Shown here piece after piece: positions 56,253 to 64,000 of a DNA stretch of 64,000 bases (positions are counted from its first letter, which is position 1; every line of letters starts with the position of its first letter). Below the pieces are notes generated by a model that was not told the origin of the DNA, did not search any database, and saw only the letters and a list, made by a program, of their open reading frames with translations. This stretch comes from Pseudomonas phage PhiPA3, in sequence record HQ630627.1; one strand, given 5' to 3'. The position numbers and the translations under genes were made by a program.

Positions 56253-56655
56253 AAGTAAGGAACTCAAACGGCTGGAGGCGCAGGAGCGTAAACGGGAAAT
56301 GTTGCTTACCCATCATCTCCCTGCTTTGTTTGAAGTGCTACCGGGTGGGGAGCGGTATGACCCCACTCACGAATACTACTACCGCATGGTAAATGACCGA
56401 GCCAGAAACGTACTGAAAATAGCTCGTGAATCCAAAACGGATATCGACTTTGCGCACTACTGGAACGGTAAGATCGATCAGATGGGTACTCGTTCTTACA
56501 TTCGTATCGCTTTCCAAGGTACGAGCGGTGAGTACTATATTCGGTCGTTCAACAAGTATATGTCGATTCATTACCCCAGCTTCAAACCTGTAGCCGTACC
56601 GCATTACATGGCCCCTCGGGTAGACGAAGCATTCCTCGCGAACATCGAGGATTAA
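56245..56655 (+). CDS. hypothetical protein, paralog family C copy 2 (136 aa)
   Basis: ATG overlapping the upstream stop; start moved from the listed 56227. Confidence 0.5.
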   Translation: MPKSKELKRLEAQERKREMLLTHHLPALFEVLPGGERYDPTHEYYYRMVNDRARNVLKIARESKTDIDFAHYWNGKIDQMGTRSYIRIAFQGTSGEYYIRSFNKYMSIHYPSFKPVAVPHYMAPRVDEAFLANIED

Positions 56656-56663
56656 GTGAGATC

Positions 56664-56703
56664 CTACTTACCTTCCTAATGGTGGGAGGTAAGTAGGTTT
56701 TAT
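56664..56703 (+). terminator. long hairpin terminator
   Basis: cctacttacc..ggtaagtagg + ttttatgcc. Confidence 0.55.
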
Positions 56704-56728
56704 GCCAATTTGCAATAAGGAATCTGTA

Positions 56729-57262
56729 ATGAATCAATGGGATCTCGTTCGTAGTATCACTGGCATGCGCGCAACCCCGACTGGCACATGCGCTATGCGT
56801 AAAGACATGATGGTCATGCGGGAACAGCCGATGTACTACCATTGGAACCTGGTTGAGCTACGGTCATTCAATGAAATGCCTTCCGTCCATTGCTGCACCA
56901 GTGGTGCTATGAACGGCGCCTACACCATCACGGGTGAAGCGGCTGAGCCGGTCCAGTATTCCACTATCATGGTCTATGCAGAGGCAAAGGAAACCGCTGA
57001 AGAAGTAGCTCGCTTGCTCCAAGGAGCTAAATCGCACAAAGGTGATGACCTGTTCGAGCTGGCGAAAGTCAAACGTGCAATCATCTACCCGGTGACTCAA
57101 AATGGGTGGTTGTTCTATGATGGCCTGGTTGCGGCTCGGCATGAACGCAAGCAGATTACCGATATTTATCCGCCCCATGTGGTAGATCAAATCATCAGCC
57201 ATGGTTTGGAGCTGCAATCAATGCCCAAAACTAAGCTTGATGATATATTCACAGCAGCCTGA
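56729..57262 (+). CDS. hypothetical protein (177 aa)
   Basis: aataaggaatctgtaATG; start moved from the listed 56702. Confidence 0.5.
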   Translation: MNQWDLVRSITGMRATPTGTCAMRKDMMVMREQPMYYHWNLVELRSFNEMPSVHCCTSGAMNGAYTITGEAAEPVQYSTIMVYAEAKETAEEVARLLQGAKSHKGDDLFELAKVKRAIIYPVTQNGWLFYDGLVAARHERKQITDIYPPHVVDQIISHGLELQSMPKTKLDDIFTAA

Positions 57263-57271
57263 TTAATTGCC

Positions 57272-57787
57272 ATGGAAAATCCAGAATTTCTTTATCATGG
57301 TTCCCTGTACAAACAGAAGGAACTTATGCCAGGGTTTAAACGCTCTGGTCAACTATCGGTGTGGGATGGTGTTGAGTCTAACCTTAATCTCTACGCAACC
57401 ACCAGTAAGGAGGAAGCGTACGACCTAGGGATCGGTTCAGCTACTGAGAAGAACTATGACTCGGATCGTTTCACCACGATCGATGGGAATATCTGGGTTT
57501 TCTGCCAGAAGCCGATTGATATCACGCAATGGTTACAGATGGAGCTTTACTGCTACACTATTCCATTTCGTGAAACGGATGGTTGGGTTAAGAACAAGAA
57601 CCCGTACAACAACATTGATACTGAGTGGACTACTCGTAAGACTGTTCACAATGTCAGTGTTGAGCAAGTAGACATGCGTACCGTGCTCAAAGGTCGTTGC
57701 GTAACGATCACACAAGCGCCTATGGACGTCGATCTGTCTCAACTACTCCGTAAGTACCGGGACGTTACGAAAGTTTACCATATCTAA
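57272..57787 (+). CDS. hypothetical protein (171 aa)
   Basis: ORF ends before terminator 57794. Confidence 0.55.
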   Translation: MENPEFLYHGSLYKQKELMPGFKRSGQLSVWDGVESNLNLYATTSKEEAYDLGIGSATEKNYDSDRFTTIDGNIWVFCQKPIDITQWLQMELYCYTIPFRETDGWVKNKNPYNNIDTEWTTRKTVHNVSVEQVDMRTVLKGRCVTITQAPMDVDLSQLLRKYRDVTKVYHI

Positions 57788-57793
57788 GCGTAG

Positions 57794-57815
57794 AGCCCCC
57801 TACGGGGGCTTTATG
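57794..57815 (+). terminator. rho-independent terminator
   Basis: agccccc-tacg-ggggct + ttatgcc. Confidence 0.6.
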
Positions 57816-57834
57816 CCATCACTAGGAGAATACA

Positions 57835-58242
57835 ATGTGTAAGCGTTACGAGTTCGATGATTTGGTCGTTCATCAGGCTTCTCGTTTTGGGACTGGTTCG
57901 CCATTCGCTTTGTCGGACTTGGGCTTTGATACACCCACGGATGCACGACTGTATATCGAAGACGTAATCAAATACATGGCCAATGAAACAGCCATCGATG
58001 AAGAATATGTCGATCGTTGTCTGAGCAATGGGTGGGTAATGACCATCCGCTTTACTCCACAGAAGAAGACCGCATTCATTGAGCTGTTCATCTGTTCAGC
58101 TTCACATCAAGTAACTTTCAATCTTCGGTTGAAGTTGAAACGTCAGCCAGGTTGTCGTTACGACAAGATGATTGACATCCGGGAGCGGTTCGTTAATTGG
58201 ATCCATGCTCGTCTGGATGATGAATTCAACGAAATTTTCTAA
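57835..58242 (+). CDS. hypothetical protein (135 aa)
   Basis: ctaggagaatacaATG. Confidence 0.5.
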   Translation: MCKRYEFDDLVVHQASRFGTGSPFALSDLGFDTPTDARLYIEDVIKYMANETAIDEEYVDRCLSNGWVMTIRFTPQKKTAFIELFICSASHQVTFNLRLKLKRQPGCRYDKMIDIRERFVNWIHARLDDEFNEIF

Positions 58243-58288
58243 AAGGAAATTCCAACGTTAGCATTTATCTCAAACGGTAGAGGTTGAT

Positions 58289-58654
58289 ATGAATACGTTG
58301 ATTGTGCGGGTGAATACTAGTCGTCGTTTCGATAGCCTGATGGAGTCCGTTTTGCGCATGGGTCTTGTGGTAAAGGAACCTGTACATCACGATGGGATCA
58401 AGGACGAATACATTCTGGTATTCGCTGAAGATCCTACTACCTGTCAGATTATCCGTGATGAGAAGCTTATTGGCTACTACTCGGCTAGTAAGTCTATGCG
58501 TGTATTGCATAGCCTCATTCGTATGGAGGAGTTCTTTGCTCCTGGTGGTTATGAGACGATCTACATTGATCGTCATCAGTTAGATAATCGAGGTCGTATC
58601 CATCTCTCTTTCCTTGAGAAAGGTAAAGAAGAGGATGTAGAATTTTACCCATAA
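58289..58654 (+). CDS. hypothetical protein (121 aa)
   Basis: gaggttgatATG. Confidence 0.5.
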   Translation: MNTLIVRVNTSRRFDSLMESVLRMGLVVKEPVHHDGIKDEYILVFAEDPTTCQIIRDEKLIGYYSASKSMRVLHSLIRMEEFFAPGGYETIYIDRHQLDNRGRIHLSFLEKGKEEDVEFYP

Positions 58655-58666
58655 GCAGAATAAGGT

Positions 58667-58697
58667 GAGGGGCTGAGTGCCCCTCTTTATTCTTCTC
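58667..58697 (+). terminator. rho-independent terminator
   Basis: gaggggc-tgagt-gcccctc + tttattcttctc. Confidence 0.6.
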
Positions 58698-58735
58698 TTA
58701 TATAAACATCTACAGCTATACCGAAGGTATACCCG

Positions 58736-58954
58736 ATGTCTAAATGTAAACCGGAATACACCTGGGATCGACTTCAAGAGGAGATCCTTAATAATGGAAT
58801 CAAACATGTAACCCTACTAGCAACAATGCCAGATCGTGATCCTCCAAGGATCATTCATGGTGGTACATGTGAGTGCATTCACCCAATAAGAGAATTCAAA
58901 AATGCAAAACGAGATCACCGACCCCTCTGTTATAATCTTCACTGGTTGGGATGA
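58736..58954 (+). CDS. Cys/His-rich small ORF (72 aa); doubtful, overlaps the start of the next gene
   Basis: ORF after the terminator; CxC..H..C pattern. Confidence 0.3.
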   Translation: MSKCKPEYTWDRLQEEILNNGIKHVTLLATMPDRDPPRIIHGGTCECIHPIREFKNAKRDHRPLCYNLHWLG

Positions 58955-59729
58955 GCAACAAGTCGCATTGGAGTATATCCATGCTCAACGGTTGCAAGAT
59001 CTGCTGGAAATCATCCTGATGGGTAAAGATGACAACGATAATACCTATTTCGTTATCCGTCCCACGAAGGTTGCTCTGCGTGAACCAGCTGGTAGTTGGG
59101 TTAAGCATCTGACTGCCCTCGTGTACCGCATTCGCAGTAGACAACAAAATCATTCTTCTGTACGCGTATACGCGTACAAAGTACCGCTTGACACCATCTA
59201 TTCGTTCGTGACGGTTGGGGGTAGCCTCTACACGTTTACTGACGCTGAACGTGCTGAGTGTCGTTCTCTGGAACCCAAGAGCTGGTATCTCCCGATTGAC
59301 GGTTACCCCAAGATCTTGAAACTTCAGATCTGTGGTAATCCTATTGCTGTGCGTAGCGCTTACAAATACCTGCGTAACGAAATGCGCACGCGTACCTACA
59401 TTGGTGTACGGGACATTAAGAAAGCCATGGCATTGATGATGGCAAGTGGTGGGGATAAGGCCTACTTGCTAGCTATCACTGAAAATGGGGTGGTCGTTAA
59501 GATCGATCAAACCAAAATGTCCATCATGGAAAGCAAGAACGAATCCAACTGGCTCATGATGGATCTCATTGCCAACCACTTCACTCAACGAGACTGTACC
59601 AAGGTCGCTGAGAACCCTGAGCGACTGTGGGATGAATGGGACCAACTCCGGAAAGACTATATTCGTGCGATGCGCAACATTGCCGAACACAAAGTCCCCA
59701 ATCTCAACGTTTCTGTAAATAACTACTAA
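58902..59729 (+). CDS. hypothetical protein, paralog family E copy 1 (275 aa)
   Basis: LPIDGYPKILKLQICGNPIAVRSAYKYLRNEMR..GGDKAYLLAITENGVVVKIDQTKMSIM vs 59739 LPIPGIRPKLKRILLTGEHNSLRSVRRWLKWNI..GSSSVHFITEDGFVARLTKQGINMVF. Confidence 0.5.
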   Translation: MQNEITDPSVIIFTGWDEQQVALEYIHAQRLQDLLEIILMGKDDNDNTYFVIRPTKVALREPAGSWVKHLTALVYRIRSRQQNHSSVRVYAYKVPLDTIYSFVTVGGSLYTFTDAERAECRSLEPKSWYLPIDGYPKILKLQICGNPIAVRSAYKYLRNEMRTRTYIGVRDIKKAMALMMASGGDKAYLLAITENGVVVKIDQTKMSIMESKNESNWLMMDLIANHFTQRDCTKVAENPERLWDEWDQLRKDYIRAMRNIAEHKVPNLNVSVNNY

Positions 59730-59738
59730 GGCATTCCA

Positions 59739-60521
59739 ATGACTGACAAAGTAGCAGTAATCGCTATCCCGCGCCCACTTAGCCCCGAACACATGATCTA
59801 CCTGTACAACATGGTCGATCGACATAATGAGTCGCTCCCTGATCCTTTCTTCAACCTGGAAATGGTTGAAGATGAGGAAGGTGGTGATGGTCTCTACCTC
59901 ATTCGCCCCAATGCTGGATATTACTGGGCTAGACATCGTTATACTGAAAACCTGGAAGTAATGAAATCGGAACTGATAGCACAAGATATTGGCTATCACG
60001 ACTTCACGTTCGTCCGTGTTATTTTCAAAGCGATGGATACACTGAGCTATAACGGTAACCTACGCATCTTTAAGAGTCCGGAATGTGACTCTTACGAACT
60101 GGACATTCGCAAGGTAGATGTACACCTGCCGATTCCTGGAATCAGACCCAAGCTCAAGCGTATCCTGCTCACAGGCGAACATAATAGCCTTCGTAGTGTG
60201 CGTCGTTGGTTGAAATGGAACATCATCCACAACCGCGGTCGTCTGTGCCAAAACGTTATCCATGAGGCCATGAAACGCATGGGGTCTAGTAGTGTTCACT
60301 TCATCACTGAAGATGGCTTCGTGGCACGCTTGACCAAGCAAGGCATCAACATGGTGTTCGCTAATCCTCAAGCTACTGCGGTGCGAATGACTGCTTTGGC
60401 TAATGGGTTGGAGGAAGACATTTTGGTCAAAGGGCTGCGCCGTACGGAATCCCCGCCGCATGCCCCGATGTGGACCGTAATGCATGACGTCTACAGCTAC
60501 AACCAAGCATTTGCTATGTAA
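59739..60521 (+). CDS. hypothetical protein, paralog family E copy 2 (260 aa)
   Basis: See 58902-59729. Confidence 0.55.
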   Translation: MTDKVAVIAIPRPLSPEHMIYLYNMVDRHNESLPDPFFNLEMVEDEEGGDGLYLIRPNAGYYWARHRYTENLEVMKSELIAQDIGYHDFTFVRVIFKAMDTLSYNGNLRIFKSPECDSYELDIRKVDVHLPIPGIRPKLKRILLTGEHNSLRSVRRWLKWNIIHNRGRLCQNVIHEAMKRMGSSSVHFITEDGFVARLTKQGINMVFANPQATAVRMTALANGLEEDILVKGLRRTESPPHAPMWTVMHDVYSYNQAFAM

Positions 60522-60587
60522 TGGAATTGGACCCTTGTCAGAAATGACCGGGGTCCATCCATTTATAATCGATAACAGGAGACTCCA

Positions 60588-61373
60588 ATGAATCGTCGTA
60601 CCGAATACCGTTTCTCTCTGTCATACGACCGTGAGCTGGTCGCTGCTAATCCACTGGGTTTCGTGGTTGAAGAATTCCTTGGAGGCTGGTTCAAAGAACT
60701 CGAAGAAAAGATCAATCGAGATTATGTAGCTAGCTATAATGTGCCTTTCCATGGTAGCTGGAACTACTTTGAGTTGGAGCAATTCCAAAACAATGCTTTC
60801 TTCAACCAGTACCACGAAGTAATGCAGTCCCTCGAAGCATTGGAAAAACAACTGGGCGAACGCGCCGGATTGCGCATCCAGATCACAAAACCTGAGTGTG
60901 CTCTTACCCATGTACTGATTGGTCAGGATAAGATTTTGTTGTCTCCTGATTGTGGTCACGTGGGTATCCGTGTTCCAGAAGGGACAGTGGTGGCTAGCGA
61001 AAGATGGGGTGACCATAGAGATCGTAACGTAGATTCCATTGCTGTGTTTGGTGAGCATTCCAAGATGCGCTACGTTGCCAAGCAGGTGCGCTACGCATTG
61101 AAGCAAAAAGGTGTAACCACGATCGCTAACAGTTCGATGGCGCGATTCCTACATGACCTCTTCCACCCCACCTACGAAAACAACCAAAAGTACAAGTTCA
61201 ACATGATCATGTCTGACGTGTATGTATTGGTGTTATTCAAGGATGGTGGTGCTGAGATCTATGGCAAGGATCTGGGAGAGATCTTCGAAAACCATAACCT
61301 GATATTCCTAGAACGGGAATACACCATTTGTGGACAACATTTCCCGATGTTGACTGGAGACCGTTTGGTATAA
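60588..61373 (+). CDS. hypothetical protein (261 aa)
   Basis: acaggagactccaATG. Confidence 0.55.
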   Translation: MNRRTEYRFSLSYDRELVAANPLGFVVEEFLGGWFKELEEKINRDYVASYNVPFHGSWNYFELEQFQNNAFFNQYHEVMQSLEALEKQLGERAGLRIQITKPECALTHVLIGQDKILLSPDCGHVGIRVPEGTVVASERWGDHRDRNVDSIAVFGEHSKMRYVAKQVRYALKQKGVTTIANSSMARFLHDLFHPTYENNQKYKFNMIMSDVYVLVLFKDGGAEIYGKDLGEIFENHNLIFLEREYTICGQHFPMLTGDRLV

Positions 61374-61375
61374 TC

Positions 61376-62902
61376 ATGGAAACATTGATACATTACTACG
61401 ACCTGTTCATGACAATCAGTCAGAAGAACATGGTCATGGGGGGTGTAATTGGAGCGGGGATTGGTGCTTTCTTCTGGAGTGTCCTTCGGGGCATTCCGAG
61501 GAAGACCATCAACGCGATTAAGTCGCAGTTGATATCCACGCTCCATATCACCAACGTGGGGAATCAGTTTAACGAGAAAAACTTCGATGCTTTCATGGAG
61601 TGGTATCAGAAGCAACCGTTGGCTGGGTATAACCGAAGACTCAGTGCGAACACAGTTGACGACTGGGTATCGTCCGATGAGAGAAAACCAACGATTGGGG
61701 TTGGCTTCGGTTTACACTTCTTCATGTACCGTGGGCGACTGTTTTGGTTTAATAAAGTTCGGATCGACGGTAACCAATCTGCCGTAGATAAGCAGGAGAT
61801 TCTGATCCATGGGTTGACACGTGATAAACAGCTCCTGGTAGACATGGTGGAAGAGTACCGTGTTAAGCGAAAGAAGAATGGCCTGACGATCTGTCATTGG
61901 GACGGCAATCGCTGGGGCAACGAGATTGAAGTCACCAAACGTGATCTATCAACCGTTGTTCTGAACAATGAGATCAAAGCTGGACTGATGCGTCGAATGG
62001 AGGAATTCTATTCTGGACGCGCGTGGTATGATGAACGTGGGCTACCCTACAAGTTCACGGTAGTTTTCCACGGGCCACCGGGTACAGGTAAATCGTCTTT
62101 GGCTAAAGCATTCGCTTCTCACTACAATAAAAATGTCAGCACGATGTCTTTGGCAGCCATGTCGAACGATACCCTGCGGCGAGCTTTCCTGACGCTGCCT
62201 AAAGGGAACATCCTACTCATCGAGGACTTTGACGATACACCTGCTGTCAAAGATCGCTTGTCTTCTGATCCCGTTAAATTGGAAAACGAGATTAAGCGAA
62301 TGGAACGTGAATATAAGCTGGAGTATATCGGCCATCTGTTTCCGGACATGCAGGAGTATGAGAACAGTGTCCAGCGCTACGTAGCTATCGATAAAGTTGC
62401 CATTATGGCAGACCTTAGCCACGAGCCTGCCGGTCTCAGTGTCAGCATGGGTGGTGTTCGTGATGAGATTGAAAGCCAGGGCTACCAGATGGGCCCCGTC
62501 AGTATTGATGACTACGCAATTTGTCAACGGTACGCTGAGCTTTTGGTTAAGCGCGATCAGGGTGTACAGTTTGATACGAGTTCAGGCTTGACTTTATCGG
62601 CGCTGCTCAATGCGCTCGATGGGATCGTTCCTTTGGATGAAACGATGGTTATCATGACTACTAACCATCCAGAAAACCTGGACGCTGCATTGACTCGTAA
62701 GGGTCGTGTGGATTACATGGTCGAGATCCCGTTGTTCCAAGATGCGGAGGTACGTGAGTACATCAATCTCATGTTCCCGGATTACGAGGTCCCTACGGAT
62801 ATTCGTTTCCGGCCCATTGCAGGTTGCGATGTCATGGCGGCCTTCAGTGAAAACCGGACCTGTCCAGAATCGATGATTCGCGCCCTACCTAAAGTAGCAT
62901 AA
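61376..62902 (+). CDS. BCS1-like AAA+ ATPase with an N-terminal transmembrane anchor (508 aa)
   Basis: N-terminal TM MVMGGVIGAGIGAFFWSVL; Walker A HGPPGTGKSS; BCS1-type Walker B ILLIEDFDD; sensor/Arg-finger TTNHPENLDAALTRKGRVD. Start moved from the listed 61328. Confidence 0.75.
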   Translation: METLIHYYDLFMTISQKNMVMGGVIGAGIGAFFWSVLRGIPRKTINAIKSQLISTLHITNVGNQFNEKNFDAFMEWYQKQPLAGYNRRLSANTVDDWVSSDERKPTIGVGFGLHFFMYRGRLFWFNKVRIDGNQSAVDKQEILIHGLTRDKQLLVDMVEEYRVKRKKNGLTICHWDGNRWGNEIEVTKRDLSTVVLNNEIKAGLMRRMEEFYSGRAWYDERGLPYKFTVVFHGPPGTGKSSLAKAFASHYNKNVSTMSLAAMSNDTLRRAFLTLPKGNILLIEDFDDTPAVKDRLSSDPVKLENEIKRMEREYKLEYIGHLFPDMQEYENSVQRYVAIDKVAIMADLSHEPAGLSVSMGGVRDEIESQGYQMGPVSIDDYAICQRYAELLVKRDQGVQFDTSSGLTLSALLNALDGIVPLDETMVIMTTNHPENLDAALTRKGRVDYMVEIPLFQDAEVREYINLMFPDYEVPTDIRFRPIAGCDVMAAFSENRTCPESMIRALPKVA

Positions 62903-62905
62903 ACA

Positions 62906-62934
62906 GAGAGGCCTTCGGGCCTCTCTTTATATTC
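62906..62934 (+). terminator. rho-independent terminator (UUCG)
   Basis: gagaggcc-ttcg-ggcctctc + tttatattc. Confidence 0.7.
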
Positions 62935-62962
62935 AAATCCATTTAAAGCCTACATTACAAGC
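62932..62962 (+). promoter_or_regulatory. conserved promoter-like box (copy 8, tttaaagcc-TACATTAC-a)
   Basis: 28 nt upstream of ATG 62986. Confidence 0.5.
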
Positions 62963-62985
62963 TTGATAACCCAAGGAGTTAAATT

Positions 62986-63336
62986 ATGTCTATCAATCTA
63001 ATCCGAGAGGATTGCCGTTATGCCCTGAAGTACGCAGATCTTTTCGTAGCCGCTGCGCTCCAGGGTTCTTCGGACTTTTATATCGACTCGTGCATGGGTA
63101 TGCTTGCCGCGCACGGCGATAAGTCCGAGCAGTATCGTGACTACTGGGTCTCCCGTGGTCTCGACTATAAACGGGCTCAGCTGGTTTACCTGCTGACCTT
63201 CACCAAACTGTTGGGGGCTACTCCGAAGCATCATTCGAAAGAGTGGGTGCTGACGAACTACCACAACTACGTCCCCATCTTTGAGCAACTGGAGCGTGAT
63301 CATGGAACTGAACAAACGCATCAAACTTCTTCATGA
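62986..63336 (+). CDS. hypothetical protein (116 aa)
   Basis: aaggagttaaattATG. Confidence 0.5.
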   Translation: MSINLIREDCRYALKYADLFVAAALQGSSDFYIDSCMGMLAAHGDKSEQYRDYWVSRGLDYKRAQLVYLLTFTKLLGATPKHHSKEWVLTNYHNYVPIFEQLERDHGTEQTHQTSS

Positions 63337-63625
63337 AATCCTGGGTCAATTCTCACCACTCGGTTCGATCATGAGTGACTACGAGGATGTGACCTTCGTC
63401 AATCTAACAGTAACCAAGCGTGAGCCTGGCGTACTGGAATACAAAGTTACTTATAAACCCAAAGGTGATCTGTTCAAGCAGGTCGGTGCTTGGGATGCAG
63501 TGGTTGTGCTGAAAAGCCAATCGCAGGTCATTAACCAAGTTATCCTGAAGTCGATATTCGGTAAGTCCATCGAATGGGTATCGACCATGGACGACGTTGC
63601 AGAAGAACTCTCGCCTACCACCTGA
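63302..63625 (+). CDS. hypothetical protein (107 aa); start uncertain
   Basis: Frame of ORF 63281-63625; tggagcgtgatcATG. Confidence 0.4.
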   Translation: MELNKRIKLLHEILGQFSPLGSIMSDYEDVTFVNLTVTKREPGVLEYKVTYKPKGDLFKQVGAWDAVVVLKSQSQVINQVILKSIFGKSIEWVSTMDDVAEELSPTT

Positions 63626-63636
63626 GAGTGAAAGGT

Positions 63637-63798
63637 ATGAACAAACTGCTAAAATGGGAATTGGACTGGGTGGCTAGCCACCCAGAACACTATCGCGACG
63701 CACGGCATCAGTCGTATGTACAGAAACGAATTGCCGCGCGTTATCTCCTCAACTGGTTCACTAAAGCAGCTCGTGTAAAAAATCACCAGAGTTCCTAA
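63637..63798 (+). CDS. small protein (53 aa)
   Basis: gaaaggtATG; ends inside hairpin 63786. Confidence 0.35.
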   Translation: MNKLLKWELDWVASHPEHYRDARHQSYVQKRIAARYLLNWFTKAARVKNHQSS

Positions 63799-63819
63799 TG
63801 TTTTAGGAAGGAACTCTGG
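63786..63819 (+). terminator. hairpin (11-bp stem), weak U-tract
   Basis: ccagagttcct-aatgttttagga-aggaactctgg. Confidence 0.4.
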
Positions 63820-63899
63820 CTGTTCAATAACAAAAATCTTGGACTCAGGCCGAAAGGCTTTTATGTCCGCAAACTTCAAAGATCAAAAGGGAACGAAAA

Positions 63900-64000
63900 T
63901 GAGTGCATGGTTGGTTGATAAGGTAATGGCTCGTATTCGTCAGTTCGACATTCAAAGGGAAGTCGAACAGGCTGCTGAACAACCGCAAGCAATCGAAGAA
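63900..64000 (+). CDS. hypothetical protein, N-terminal fragment running off the window end
   Basis: aaagggaacgaaaATG; MSAWLVDKVMARIRQFDIQREVEQAAEQPQAIEE.. still open at 64000. Confidence 0.3.

Noticed and set aside
55719-56267. 182-aa minus-strand ORF
   Set aside because: Antisense to family D copy 2, which is supported by its paralogy with 55270-55740.

Overview
This window looks like part of a lytic dsDNA bacteriophage genome; that is inferred from gene organisation alone, with no database search possible. GC content is roughly 50% and genes are tightly packed, often with ATGA or TAATG start/stop overlaps.

Positions 1-2449 carry three tandem minus-strand paralogs of a structural protein with a fibronectin type III (FN3)-like N-terminal domain, probably the end of a late or structural block. 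From 2581 to the window end there are about 125 plus-strand genes, mostly small ORFs with no recognisable function. They are punctuated by at least 26 rho-independent terminators, most with a UUCG-type tetraloop on a GC-rich stem, and by 9 copies of a conserved promoter-like box (TTTmAA-N4-6-C-TAyATTAC-R) sitting 28-45 nt upstream of start codons. Many start codons also share a conserved initiation context, AGGAnAATACAATG.

Genes with recognisable function are dCTP deaminase (10295-10873), NAD-dependent DNA ligase (11981-14023), a thymidylate-synthase-family enzyme with three large insertions (23847-25277), a macro-domain protein (22449-23201) and an SspB-like ClpX adaptor candidate (21336-22124). 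There is also a dual-specificity (Cys-X5-Arg) phosphatase (29362-29829) two genes upstream of an ATP-dependent RNA ligase with an N-terminal tRNA-binding OB domain (30437-31828), a SpoT/Mesh1-like HD-domain alarmone hydrolase (37618-38250), a minimal GIY-YIG nuclease (50681-51022) and a membrane-anchored BCS1-like AAA+ ATPase (61376-62902). Lipoprotein and micropeptide genes and several tandem paralog arrays are present, one of them carrying a frameshifted copy.

The best candidate for an undescribed system is the phosphatase-plus-RNA-ligase RNA-repair or counter-defence module. With the macro-domain, alarmone-hydrolase and SspB-like genes it forms a putative anti-defence island. Every functional call rests on motif recognition by eye. 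Start codons are often uncertain because the ORF track shows GTG and TTG starts as M.
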